This document shows, one piece after another, positions 35,422 through 44,309 of a stretch of 64,000 nt of DNA. The number at the start of each line of letters is the position of its first letter. The first letter of the stretch is position 1. The position numbers and the translations under genes are program-made. Below the pieces are notes generated by a model. That model did no database searches. It saw only the letters and a program-made list of their open reading frames with translations, and was not told the origin of the DNA. Source of the DNA: a virus (Duplodnaviria > Heunggongvirae > Uroviricota > Caudoviricetes); IMG/VR virus record IMGVR_UViG_3300032046_000009; one strand, 5' to 3'.

Positions 35422-35825
35422 CGAGATAGCAATGCTCCTATCAAAGCTCCTATGAACACCGTGACTACGAGTGTTGAAACGGCAAAAAGAATTATTCCGA
35501 TAATCAGGCAGTAAATCAATGGGGCATAGATTAGCAAGTTTGTGAAGGTTGCTGTTTGTGCAGTTGTAAAGTTTCCCAGACTAATCAGTAATTGATTTAG
35601 TTGTATCGCCCAGACCCAATAGAGATATATGCCAACGTAGGGAATAAGCGAAGCCAGCATTATGAGTTCAGTCAGGAAAACCATAACGAAGCCGACTATG
35701 AATCCTTGTATGCTTGACGTAATTAGAAAGCCGACAGCACCGACTATGAGTGCGATAATCAGCGAAGTTATCCACGAAGTTCCATAGGTTTTTACTACGA
35801 CTTGAGTTGATTTCTTGTCGTTCAT
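35418..35825 (-). CDS. multi-pass membrane protein
   Basis: track 35418..35834; ATG after GTGATTGAA; about 4 TM. Confidence 0.65.
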   Translation of the reverse strand: MNDKKSTQVVVKTYGTSWITSLIIALIVGAVGFLITSSIQGFIVGFVMVFLTELIMLASLIPYVGIYLYWVWAIQLNQLLISLGNFTTAQTATFTNLLIYAPLIYCLIIGIILFAVSTLVVTVFIGALIGALLSR

Positions 35826-35889
35826 TTCAATCACTACACACTAAGATAGCAATGTCCCTTATAAACTTTCCCTAAGAATTGCCATGCTC

Positions 35890-36300
35890 AGTTTCGAAGT
35901 TAGTTCGAAAAAGTATATGAATTAAATTTAAGATTTAATGGGACTGTTATATAATTTTTCATGGTCTTTTCCCATAGGTTATAAACTATTCCATAAATCC
36001 TAAATATAATCCTTGATAGATTTCGGAGTTAGTTCGAAACATCAAAAAGTCCATACTTTTACCATAGACTATTCGAACAATTTTCGAAAAGAAAATATAA
36101 TTATTTAGGATTTTATGGATTAAAATAACTATCCGATTGCCCAGAGAAGCCATAAGAATGCCCCGTTTGACAAAAGGACATAGATATAAAAAATATTAAA
36201 ATTATATTTTAGAATTTTAATCAGGTGATTAACCGTGGTCGTATATTGCATGGACAATATAGGATAATTAATCAACTGATTAAAAATTCGAAAAATCGGG
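35890..36300. other. AT-rich ORF-free region with TTCGAA repeats and an inverted repeat
   Basis: tttcgaagttagttcgaaa / tttcggagttagttcgaaac; IR ccataaatcctaaatataat vs ataattatttaggattttatgg. Confidence 0.5.
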
Positions 36301-36486
36301 TGAGTCGCGCTCGCGCAAAATTTTGAGCATTCGAAAAAAAACTAACGTAGAAAAATTGAAAATGAAACATCCAAAACGGAACAGCCGTTAGGGGGTTTCG
36401 CTTCGTCCACTTGAACGGGACGGGCACGATTAGGCTAGAAGTACGTGTTTCTTTCTACACGCATTTTAATTCTATATACCAATTCA

Positions 36487-36582
36487 TTAAATATATATAA
36501 TGGAAACAGTAATCGTTGTTTCAAGTCCTATTCTAGCATTCAGACGATTCGTTGTGGTGTAGTTTTCCATGCTATCACCCAT
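36487..36582 (-). CDS. 31-aa micro-ORF (not in track)
   Basis: ATG about 27 nt from TATA 36609-36616; weak. Confidence 0.3.
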   Translation of the reverse strand: MGDSMENYTTTNRLNARIGLETTITVSIIYI

Positions 36583-36639
36583 AGCTGAGAAGTAGTATGT
36601 GCAAACTACTATATAAAGGTTGTGGTAGAAGAACCATGC

Positions 36640-36786
36640 TCAAGTAAAGGTTACTTTCTCCACGTCCATTTTGTGCATACAGTCATAACAAAGCCACTTT
36701 CTTCCTTTAAGAACTACCACAATCTGTTTTCTTCCGCATCCGTCACACGTTAATCCTGTATAAGCCATAGTGATTTTGGCATTCAT
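36640..36786 (-). CDS. 48-aa Zn-ribbon protein (not in track), last cassette of array M
   Basis: CDGCG..CYDC; ends EKVTFT; TTGAGCATGG follows. Confidence 0.55.
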   Translation of the reverse strand: MNAKITMAYTGLTCDGCGRKQIVVVLKGRKWLCYDCMHKMDVEKVTFT

Positions 36787-37076
36787 GTAAATGCAACCTT
36801 CTCTTTTCTGGTTTCTATGTTTTTCAAAAACTCTTCAAAATATTTGTTCCAAATTTCGCTGAATTCTTTCCACGCTTTTTCACCCTCATCGTTATCATTT
36901 CCAAATTTTGCACTATTGTTATAATTTTTACGAGCATCATTTAATCTTTGTATTCTACTTCCTTTGTCAAGAAAGTGTGTCCATTTTGAAAAACAATCTT
37001 TACATATAGTATATGGGGCAATAGAATGGCATGTCTTTTCCTCATTACAAACAGAACAAATTTTCAGGTCTGTCAA
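36783..37076 (-). CDS. small Zn-ribbon protein (family B)
   Basis: TTG start; CSVC..CKDCFSKW; ends EKVAFT. Confidence 0.7.
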   Translation of the reverse strand: MTDLKICSVCNEEKTCHSIAPYTICKDCFSKWTHFLDKGSRIQRLNDARKNYNNSAKFGNDNDEGEKAWKEFSEIWNKYFEEFLKNIETRKEKVAFT

Positions 37077-37213
37077 GTAAACTCAACTCTTTCTTTCTGT
37101 TGAATATAAAATCCGTCAGCTATACAGAAATATTGTTTCTTCTCATCGTCCCATTCTTTGCCCCAACAATCCATTTGACAACCTTTGCACTTATGTTCTG
37201 GAAGTTCGGTCAT
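37073..37213 (-). CDS. 46-aa Cys protein (not in track)
   Basis: CKGCQMDC; ends ERVEFT. Confidence 0.55.
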   Translation of the reverse strand: MTELPEHKCKGCQMDCWGKEWDDEKKQYFCIADGFYIQQKERVEFT

Positions 37214-37368
37214 GTAAACTGTACCTTCTCCTTTGTATCCTTTATTGGTTTTCCCATGACAATCATTTTATCTCCTCTAATAGCAACCAAGAACCCGTCT
37301 TTCTCCATTATTTCTATGGCTTTCTGAATGTCAGCGTAGTCTATACTCATAGTGATTCTTTTGCTCAA
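37210..37368 (-). CDS. 52-aa protein (not in track)
   Basis: TTG in JM 37365; ends EKVQFT. Confidence 0.5.
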   Translation of the reverse strand: MSKRITMSIDYADIQKAIEIMEKDGFLVAIRGDKMIVMGKPIKDTKEKVQFT

Positions 37369-37688
37369 GTAAAACTCACAACCTCTGGAAGTGTATCAAA
37401 TGGTTCGCTAGTTCTGCCACAAATTTTTACCCACTCATTTTCGTTGTGCATGTGAAAATGTTCTCTAATTGGTTTGCCGTTTGTTGAGCCGAAATGATAC
37501 CATCCATCATTTTCAAGTTTCCACGAATTTAGTTGGTAAACTTGCCCGTCTGAATCTTCTTGAAAAATACTGCAACTACATTTGAAAGTGTCTCCAACTT
37601 TGGCTTTCAGTTTTTCGTCTTGAGTTACGCTTTGGTTGTTCGGTTGATGAAACATTTTTTGTTTGCAGAAGGGACAATAGTAAGTCAA
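37365..37688 (-). CDS. Zn-ribbon protein
   Basis: TTG start; CPFC..CSC; ends EVVSFT. Confidence 0.7.
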   Translation of the reverse strand: MTYYCPFCKQKMFHQPNNQSVTQDEKLKAKVGDTFKCSCSIFQEDSDGQVYQLNSWKLENDGWYHFGSTNGKPIREHFHMHNENEWVKICGRTSEPFDTLPEVVSFT

Positions 37689-37921
37689 GTGAACTCGACC
37701 TTTTCCTTATCAACATACTCTATTCTGAAAACTTTACCACATTTCTTGCAAGTTACTTTAAGAGGATAAGGGTCGTGTCCTTCAACAACTTTATATCCCA
37801 TTAAGAATTTATGTCCGTTCGGAACCCATTTTATGTCTTTTTGCTCAAAAGCAAATCCCCATTCATTCCATCCGTTTCCACATTTAGGACATTTTACGTT
37901 TTGTCTATTTTTCGGTTTCAA
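37685..37921 (-). CDS. small Zn-ribbon protein
   Basis: TTG start; CPKCG..CKKCG; ends EKVEFT. Confidence 0.7.
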   Translation of the reverse strand: MKPKNRQNVKCPKCGNGWNEWGFAFEQKDIKWVPNGHKFLMGYKVVEGHDPYPLKVTCKKCGKVFRIEYVDKEKVEFT

Positions 37922-38121
37922 GTAAATTGCACCCTTATTCTATCATCCACTTTAGGTTTCAAGTCGAAAATCTCTCGCTGTATATTCTTATATCTGAGCC
38001 ATTTATTTTCTTGTTTAAAATGTTCTTCACAAAGAAAAATTATTTCTACTCTGTTCACCTTTTTGTAAACGTGAACTTCTTTTACAGCTTCTTTATTGCA
38101 CATCGGAATTTGGCATTTCAA
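37918..38121 (-). CDS. small Cys protein
   Basis: TTG start; ends IRVQFT. Confidence 0.65.
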   Translation of the reverse strand: MKCQIPMCNKEAVKEVHVYKKVNRVEIIFLCEEHFKQENKWLRYKNIQREIFDLKPKVDDRIRVQFT

Positions 38122-38393
38122 GTGAATTGCACCTTCACAAAATCGTCCGCGAACTCTTTGGCTAATTCGTTTGCTTCACCTATTCCCTTTGAAAATATTA
38201 TAGACGCGCCCCATCTTTTCTTTTCAATTTTGATATTTGGGTCTTTCTCTTTAAGAAATTTCAACCACTTCCAAAAACAACCACAATCAGCACCAATATA
38301 AAATACAGGATTTAGTTTAAGAATGTTGGTTGTCCCCGTTTCCCTAAACATCGTGGCTTTTCCGTTTTCCTTTCCGCATTTAGCACAAATCAT
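38118..38393 (-). CDS. small Zn-ribbon protein (family B)
   Basis: track trimmed to ATG in JM 38390; CAKCG..CGCFWKW. Confidence 0.65.
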   Translation of the reverse strand: MICAKCGKENGKATMFRETGTTNILKLNPVFYIGADCGCFWKWLKFLKEKDPNIKIEKKRWGASIIFSKGIGEANELAKEFADDFVKVQFT

Positions 38394-38578
38394 GTGAACA
38401 GCACCTTTTCTTTGACAAACTCGTAATTTTGGCAACAACAGCCAGCACGATAAGGTATATTATTTCTACCTTTCTGAATTTCTTTTGGGTCTATTCCTTT
38501 TTCACTATCTATGGAACCACGACAATTTTTGTATTTCTTACAGTTGAAGCAACCACGATTAATTGATAAACCACTCAA
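38390..38578 (-). CDS. small Cys protein (family C)
   Basis: track trimmed to TTG in JM 38575; GCFNC..GCCC. Confidence 0.65.
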   Translation of the reverse strand: MSGLSINRGCFNCKKYKNCRGSIDSEKGIDPKEIQKGRNNIPYRAGCCCQNYEFVKEKVLFT

Positions 38579-38763
38579 GTAAAGTTCACCTTTTCCTTTA
38601 CCTCTATGCAAGTATGTCTAGGTTGTGGTTCTCCACTATTACTAACTGCTGTCCAGAGGCAATGTTCACAGCAGAAGTTTTGTTCACCAATATCGTGAGC
38701 GTCCCCGTATTGTTCATAAGACCGTCCGCAAACGTCACACTTAACAATTTGCCAAGTCGTCAA
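38575..38763 (-). CDS. small Zn-ribbon protein
   Basis: TTG start; CDVCG..CCEHC; ends EKVNFT. Confidence 0.65.
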   Translation of the reverse strand: MTTWQIVKCDVCGRSYEQYGDAHDIGEQNFCCEHCLWTAVSNSGEPQPRHTCIEVKEKVNFT

Positions 38764-38999
38764 GTGAACACAACCTTCTCTCTAGTATAGTCTGCAATTT
38801 TCCCCTTAAATACTTCCCAAGTTGGGTTTATTTTCTTAGGATATTTAGCAACAAAAAATGTATTATGGTCAGCAAAAAACTCTAGCCATTTTCTTAGACA
38901 AGAACCACAAAGAATAGCGTCTATAGAATGAGGATATTTTAGTTTATCTTCTGTCACCGTGAAAACTCGTCCACATTTCTCACAGTTTCTTTTAGTCAA
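38760..38999 (-). CDS. small Zn-ribbon protein (family B)
   Basis: track trimmed to TTG 38997-38999; CEKCG..CGSCLRKW. Confidence 0.6.
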   Translation of the reverse strand: MTKRNCEKCGRVFTVTEDKLKYPHSIDAILCGSCLRKWLEFFADHNTFFVAKYPKKINPTWEVFKGKIADYTREKVVFT

Positions 39000-39225
39000 A
39001 GCTAACAACTTCTGGACGTTCCTCTTCTGCAAGAACTTCCTTTGCACTTCCTTCCATGTTTCCTAAAATATAAGTGAATCCTTTTTCTTTACCTTCCGTA
39101 CAAAGTTCATACCATCTTGCAAGTCGTCTGAGATGTTCTTCACTTTTAAAATGAGTATCAACGCCTCTCTTTGTTGCAAAGTTTTTCTTGCACAAACCAC
39201 AACGCGCGTAGAATTTCTTAGGCAT
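38992..39225 (-). CDS. C2H2 zinc-finger protein
   Basis: C-x2-C-x12-H-x5-H (CGLCKKNF..HFKSEEH); ends EVVSFD. Confidence 0.65.
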   Translation of the reverse strand: MPKKFYARCGLCKKNFATKRGVDTHFKSEEHLRRLARWYELCTEGKEKGFTYILGNMEGSAKEVLAEEERPEVVSFD

Positions 39226-39315
39226 TAATCAAGTTCTCCTAAGTCGAATGGATTCCCGTGAGGCATCGGTCTAGTCGGGCGTTCATCGTCCTCAATGAAA
39301 GGACGCGGAATGAAT

Positions 39316-39972
39316 CTATGCTTCACCATTTATTATCTCCTTCAATTCCTTTATTCTTCTTCTATCGTAATATGTGTTTCGTTCATAATAGTTGACGTTT
39401 ACTTTTACGAATTGTCCCTTATCTTTTTTTGCTTTCCTGACTTGTTCCAAATCATCGGCTAGTTCTTTCTTCCAATATTCCAATTCCCGTTCAGCCCAGA
39501 ACTTTGTCAAATCCCATCTTTTACTTTTCGGATAATAGACATACAACATACTTCGCATGGGATTTTCTTCATGCTGTTTCTTGTCATAAGTTGAATAACC
39601 AGAGTGCATATAGAAAGATTCGAGTTTTTCTCTTTCCATGAATTGATGAATTGTATTTAGGTAATGTTCGACAGTTTCCATGTATTCGGGTGTTTGAGCG
39701 TCAATCTCCCCTCTGAGAGAAAGAAGGCATGACCAATATTGGTGTGACCAAATCCATCTACCTGTCGGATACCACGGATAAGGTATGTCCGAGTTCTCGA
39801 AAGACTTCTTTACTAACGCTAGAAAAACTTCACCGAGTTCATCAAGAACGTCATAATATTCATCTGTTGTACCTTTTCTACTCACACGAAACGGGTGTCG
39901 AATAGCTAAATGGTGAAGGTCTTGCAACCGTTCCATTGTAACTATAATTTTCTTTCTCTTTTCCTCAATCAT
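39316..39972 (-). CDS. hypothetical protein
   Basis: 218 aa; TAATG overlap. Confidence 0.7.
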   Translation of the reverse strand: MIEEKRKKIIVTMERLQDLHHLAIRHPFRVSRKGTTDEYYDVLDELGEVFLALVKKSFENSDIPYPWYPTGRWIWSHQYWSCLLSLRGEIDAQTPEYMETVEHYLNTIHQFMEREKLESFYMHSGYSTYDKKQHEENPMRSMLYVYYPKSKRWDLTKFWAERELEYWKKELADDLEQVRKAKKDKGQFVKVNVNYYERNTYYDRRRIKELKEIINGEA

Positions 39973-40193
39973 TATTCATCCTTCCCTGTATCAAGAAAGT
40001 GCATTGCTTCCATGACGCTAACGTATTGGTTTGTTCTCGTTAGAATCTTGAAAAATTCGGAGTCAAGATATTCAGTTAAGACTTTTGGGTGTTTCTTTGC
40101 AACCCATTGAATGAGACATTGAGCATTATCGAGATTGGTTTTCGGTCTGTTCCTGATTCCTATCTGCTTCATTGTATCTCTAACTTTTCCCAT
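39972..40193 (-). CDS. hypothetical small protein, first gene of array M
   Basis: 73 aa; TATA 40227-40234. Confidence 0.65.
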   Translation of the reverse strand: MGKVRDTMKQIGIRNRPKTNLDNAQCLIQWVAKKHPKVLTEYLDSEFFKILTRTNQYVSVMEAMHFLDTGKDE

Positions 40194-40265
40194 TAATCGG
40201 TCACTACCTAGAGATATAGCTTTCCCCTATATAAAGGTTTAGTAAGAACTCCCATGCTCAAAACC
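40194..40265 (-). promoter_or_regulatory. class I promoter for array M
   Basis: ttcccctatataaaggtttagtaagaactcccatgctcaaaa. Confidence 0.6.
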
Positions 40266-40481
40266 CTATGAGTATCGCTGGTTTGCATGGACTTCTCCAT
40301 GCCGAAGGTCATAAAAGGAACTATTTTAATCAGTTGATTAAACATTCGGTTTCCATGACCAGCAGGGTTGGGAGCTTTTTTGGCACTTCGAAAAATTTCG
40401 AAAGCCATTCTCTCCATACAAACATCCCCAACCAGCAAAAAAGTGATGGTCATTTGCGAGACCTGTAAAAATTATCTGCCT

Positions 40482-40614
40482 CGAAATTTGCTCGTTTTCG
40501 GAAATTCGACTCAGTTCGAAACTCACCCTATGGGAAATTTTCTCGGTGGGAAAGGGCGGGAGCCAAATCGCCCCGAAATTTGCTCGTATTGCCGAGTTCG
40601 ATTCAGTTCGGGGG
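40482..40614. repeat. about 41-bp direct repeat, two copies
   Basis: cgaaatttgctcgttttcggaaattcgactcagttcgaaac / cgaaatttgctcgtattgccgagttcgattcagttcggggg. Confidence 0.7.
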
Positions 40615-41088
40615 TCAGATGGCTTTTTTCCACCCCCTCGGCTCCATGCCCCAAACTTTTAATCAGTTGATTAATAACTACCGAAAGGTTTATATGGTGC
40701 AACTCGTATTATATAAGGAAGAGTTGAACTTTCAATGACACAGAAAGTTACACTAACCGTAACCTCGAAAGTGACCCAGACGGAAACACGGAAAAGGGTA
40801 ACGCAGAAAAACCTTTAGGAAAAAACCATCGGTCACACTTTTTGAAACCACATACCCACACATAGGCGGCGCGCAGGCGAAAATTTGATTTTGGTCGGCG
40901 AACTTTGTGATTTCTGTTATGATTGTTATTTTGGTATTATTTTTATTTCCTATTTCCTGAGCATTTCGATTTAGATTTACTAAGGATTCGAGAAAAGAAA
41001 ATAACTGAAAACGTCTTTTTTTCAGGGAGTTTTGAACGTCTAGGGGAGCTAGGGGTAGGGGACTATCCCAGAGAAAGTTGGTATATGC

Positions 41089-41277
41089 TCAGAAGGAAGC
41101 GGGTGGCGGGGAAGCTGTTGTAATAAAGTCTGGGCACTTGCCATTCTCCTTTATTGCCTGAACGATAAGGTCGTTTACTGGAATACGCTTGCAGTATTCT
41201 TCCCTTAAACATTCCTTACATTTTGCACGTTCCTTTATCTCTTCAAATGGTATCTTATTCACCACCCTTATTGCCAT
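41089..41277 (-). CDS. small Cys protein, last gene of array N
   Basis: 62 aa; CKEC..C..C; abuts G-rich hub. Confidence 0.55.
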   Translation of the reverse strand: MAIRVVNKIPFEEIKERAKCKECLREEYCKRIPVNDLIVQAIKENGKCPDFITTASPPPASF

Positions 41278-41552
41278 ATTTCCCTTAATATTTCGTGGTA
41301 GTACAATCCAAGACTCTCTAAGTATTTGTCATATTGTTTAGGTCTTGTTTTTGTCATATTTGTAATTATCCAATGAAGAAACTCGTGATTAAGAACGCAA
41401 CACATATCTTCTACATTAAGCCACTTTTCTTGGTCAGTAATCTCCACTTTAGCCGAACCTTTTTTAACCCAAATTTTTGCTCGTCTATGATTTTTAGGCG
41501 TACTTTTTCGCACCTTAATAATGAGGTTTTCAAGATTTATTTCTTCGGTCAA
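41268..41552 (-). CDS. small HExxH metallopeptidase-like protein
   Basis: track trimmed to TTG in JM 41549; NHEFLH. Confidence 0.6.
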   Translation of the reverse strand: MTEEINLENLIIKVRKSTPKNHRRAKIWVKKGSAKVEITDQEKWLNVEDMCCVLNHEFLHWIITNMTKTRPKQYDKYLESLGLYYHEILREIWQ

Positions 41553-41788
41553 GTGAATTGTACCTTCTCTATCCATTCAGCCAAAAACTTGGCGTAAATT
41601 TTTTCCCATAATTCAGACCATTTAGGAGTTCTCGCTACATCATGAAGTTTGGAAAGAAATGGTTGTATAAAATTACCCCATTCTGTACTACATTCTCTGC
41701 AAAGAAAATGTTCAAATTTGCCTAAAACCAATTCAGATTCTTTTCCACAACGGTCACATTTTCTACCTTTAAGCCAATTAGCTCTCAT
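41549..41788 (-). CDS. small Zn-ribbon protein (family B)
   Basis: CDRCG..CRECSTEW; ends EKVQFT. Confidence 0.7.
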   Translation of the reverse strand: MRANWLKGRKCDRCGKESELVLGKFEHFLCRECSTEWGNFIQPFLSKLHDVARTPKWSELWEKIYAKFLAEWIEKVQFT

Positions 41789-41964
41789 GTGAATTGCACT
41801 ACCTCTCTCGGTATTATCACTTTTAAATCCCCACGTTTTATTTCCCTTTCAATTGGAATTTTGATACTTTTACCACCATGAGTGCAAAAAATTTCTCCAT
41901 GTTTGTTAGTCCGTAATATGCATCCTTTGGTAAGTGTGCAACAAGTACATTTATATTCAGTCAA
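41785..41964 (-). CDS. 59-aa Cys-rich protein (not in track)
   Basis: TTG in JM 41961; ends EVVQFT. Confidence 0.55.
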   Translation of the reverse strand: MTEYKCTCCTLTKGCILRTNKHGEIFCTHGGKSIKIPIEREIKRGDLKVIIPREVVQFT

Positions 41965-42251
41965 GTAAACTGCACCTTTATTCTCTTTAATTCTTTCGGC
42001 ACATCTTTAGGCGTTCCCCACATATCCCTTTCATCATAAAATCTCCATTTGTCATTAAGAAGATGTTCCCATTTATTATCATAGAAAATCTTTGGAGTCC
42101 CATCTTCATTTTTGAATGCCTCGCTAATAATATTGTGCCCGCACTCACAAGCATAGAAACTCGCGCCTAAATCTCCAAACCAACCTATGCCATTTCGTTT
42201 TCCAGTAAATATCAGTTCACTTTTACAGAACGGACAAATCCAAACAGTCAT
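41961..42251 (-). CDS. Zn-ribbon protein
   Basis: CPFC..CECG; ends IKVQFT. Confidence 0.7.
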   Translation of the reverse strand: MTVWICPFCKSELIFTGKRNGIGWFGDLGASFYACECGHNIISEAFKNEDGTPKIFYDNKWEHLLNDKWRFYDERDMWGTPKDVPKELKRIKVQFT

Positions 42252-42499
42252 GTGAACTGCACTACCTCTGGGTCCTCTGGTACTATAAAAACTTTGTTGC
42301 TATGCTCAAAATATGTCCCATCTGTTTTTCTATTCCAAATACACGTCAATGATTCTTTGTCGAAAAGATGTACTCTTCGAACAAACTGAGCATGACAATC
42401 TTTACATTCCATACATACTTCTTTCTTTTCTATATTTCGTGAATGGCACATAGGGCATTTAGTGAAGTTGAATTTTAAACCAAAAGTATTGAGAGCTAT
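42248..42499 (-). CDS. Lar-like Zn-ribbon protein with ATA in the JM start slot
   Basis: homology to 44551..44823 (KCPMC.SRN) extends upstream of track ATG to JM 42496, which reads ACATAG. Confidence 0.5.
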   Translation of the reverse strand: MALNTFGLKFNFTKCPMCHSRNIEKKEVCMECKDCHAQFVRRVHLFDKESLTCIWNRKTDGTYFEHSNKVFIVPEDPEVVQFT

Positions 42500-42726
42500 G
42501 TGAATTCCACCTTCTCCTTTGCATCAATTCCAAAATCCATTCTACTTCTACAACGCTCTTTTCCAGAGACAATTTCTCTGCCACCCTTCTCTCTCTCAAA
42601 TTCTTGAATGCAAGCCCCACAATAGCAAGCAGTTTCTTGTTTAGCTTTAAGTTCTATTCCACATTCTCCGTGACACATAAAACTGCAATGGCAATAACAA
42701 CACTTTTTATGATACCATCGTTTCAT
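42496..42726 (-). CDS. 8-Cys small protein (family A)
   Basis: CCYCHCSFMCHGEC..CYCGAC; ends EKVEFT + TAG. Confidence 0.7.
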   Translation of the reverse strand: MKRWYHKKCCYCHCSFMCHGECGIELKAKQETACYCGACIQEFEREKGGREIVSGKERCRSRMDFGIDAKEKVEFT

Positions 42727-42971
42727 GTAAACTGCACCTTTACTGGTCTATTTATTCTCTTTGTTCTTACTTTTAGTCCTAAGTAATTTGAAAAATACAT
42801 ACCGAACTCATAAGCATGTTCTTCACAAAATTCATCGTGGCATATATGTGTTATTTTTGTAGCAAATTCACGAGTGCTCCCTTCGCTTCGCACCATTTTG
42901 TATGACAAAATAATCTCTGATTCTTTTCTACAATCAACCGCGAGACAACAGGTTAAAACACGACCATTCAA
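42723..42971 (-). CDS. small protein (family E), paralog of 44306..44554
   Basis: track trimmed to TTG in JM 42968; AYEFGMYFSNYLGLKV. Confidence 0.6.
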   Translation of the reverse strand: MNGRVLTCCLAVDCRKESEIILSYKMVRSEGSTREFATKITHICHDEFCEEHAYEFGMYFSNYLGLKVRTKRINRPVKVQFT

Positions 42972-43096
42972 GTAAACTGCACCTTTTCCCTTCTGTGTTT
43001 GTTCTGTCTCCAAATTGCAACAACAAGCATCCAATCTATTACTCTAGCTTTGTATTGAATTTCTGTATCCCAATTATCAAATAACTTTGACTTCAC
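42968..43096 (-). CDS. 42-aa protein (not in track)
   Basis: GTG in JM variant ACGTGA; ends EKVQFT. Confidence 0.4.
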   Translation of the reverse strand: MKSKLFDNWDTEIQYKARVIDWMLVVAIWRQNKHRREKVQFT

Positions 43097-43446
43097 GTAA
43101 ATTGCACCTTTTCTCTAGTGATTCCTTCTCTGGAAGCCCAACGTATATTAGATGCGATTCCATTTACACGACATTGAGTTTGTGATAAAAATTCAATCTC
43201 AGTTATTAGTATTTCCCCTGTAGTAGTTTCAATCATTGGTTTTGAATCCTTCATTGATGTACTTTCTATATGAAGCCTGAACATTTTGTTATTATCACAA
43301 TCTTTACATAATTTCTGTGCGTTATCTATTTTAAGTTCGATTTCCCAAATGTCGCCACCATTCACTTTTACTGTCATATCGACTGATGAAATCCCCTCAT
43401 ATTTCTTGTTACCCTGAACTAGATATGCCCGTAAAAATTTGCTCAT
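43093..43446 (-). CDS. hypothetical protein
   Basis: track trimmed to ATG in JM 43443; ends EKVQFT. Confidence 0.6.
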   Translation of the reverse strand: MSKFLRAYLVQGNKKYEGISSVDMTVKVNGGDIWEIELKIDNAQKLCKDCDNNKMFRLHIESTSMKDSKPMIETTTGEILITEIEFLSQTQCRVNGIASNIRWASREGITREKVQFT

Positions 43447-43658
43447 GTAAACTTCACCTTTACAGGTCTCTTTAATTCTTCTCTCCATTCAGTAGCAATT
43501 CTTTTCCATTTTGAAAGACGTAAAGTTTTATTACGGTCTTTGATATATATTCTTACTCTTTTTATCATTTTGCGTTTTTGTCTTTTTGCCTCTAATACCA
43601 TTGCAATAATTAGACCACAAATTGTACTTATCATTCCAATAATTAGTAGTTCAGTCAT
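43443..43658 (-). CDS. small membrane protein with basic tail
   Basis: N-terminal TM; ends VKVKFT. Confidence 0.65.
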   Translation of the reverse strand: MTELLIIGMISTICGLIIAMVLEAKRQKRKMIKRVRIYIKDRNKTLRLSKWKRIATEWREELKRPVKVKFT

Positions 43659-43882
43659 GTAAATTGCACTACCTCTCGTTCTAATTCTGGATGACTTTCT
43701 GGTTTAGCTATTATCTGTCCGCAATTGTGACATTGAACAACTTTGTTATAAGAATTCCATTTTATTGCTCCATTATATCCACAACCGAAACAAATATTAG
43801 AATGTATAGACCTATGTTCTCGCGTAGTCAAACGAACCAAACCACAATCTTTATCATAATGCAAAACTTTGAGTTGTTTCAT
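43655..43882 (-). CDS. small Zn-ribbon protein
   Basis: CFGCG..CHNCG; ends EVVQFT. Confidence 0.65.
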   Translation of the reverse strand: MKQLKVLHYDKDCGLVRLTTREHRSIHSNICFGCGYNGAIKWNSYNKVVQCHNCGQIIAKPESHPELEREVVQFT

Positions 43883-44061
43883 GTGAATTGAACCTTCTCC
43901 CGTTCATTCATAATTGACACATAAACCGTACAATGTTCTCTTATTCTGCAAGATTTTATGCAATATTCTTTGTTAAGCGAATTATGTACTGTGCATCCCG
44001 AAATACTCCATTTAACGTTCAGTTTAGAAGGATGCGTTAAAAGAACTGGTTCAGCACTCAT
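43879..44061 (-). CDS. small Cys protein
   Basis: 60 aa; ends EKVQFT. Confidence 0.6.
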   Translation of the reverse strand: MSAEPVLLTHPSKLNVKWSISGCTVHNSLNKEYCIKSCRIREHCTVYVSIMNEREKVQFT

Positions 44062-44309
44062 GTAAACTGCACCACTTCTCGTTCTTCATATTTCCCACTC
44101 ATAAAGTTTTCCCAAGAATTAGTCCACGCACTTTGGAATTTAATAGAATCAACATTCTTTACTTCCTTATCATAAACTTTTCCCCACGCCGCACGACAAT
44201 TTGGGCAAAGATAAACAGTTTCCAAATTTTGTCCATTTTTATCAATTGGATGTACTCTTACTAACGCATCAGACATATTATTGCACTTGTCACATGGTCT
44301 CTTCATCAT
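44058..44309 (-). CDS. small Zn-ribbon protein (family B)
   Basis: CDKC..CPNCRAAW; ends EVVQFT. Confidence 0.7.
   Translation of the reverse strand: MMKRPCDKCNNMSDALVRVHPIDKNGQNLETVYLCPNCRAAWGKVYDKEVKNVDSIKFQSAWTNSWENFMSGKYEEREVVQFT

Noticed and set aside
6251-40526. Minus-strand ORFs 6251..6511, 7911..8174, 19096..19368, 40208..40453 and 40338..40526
   Set aside because: Each reads through promoter cassettes or hub repeats (recurrent LS.GVL.KPLYR-like translations of the cassette itself), or overlaps a better gene. None has a start context.
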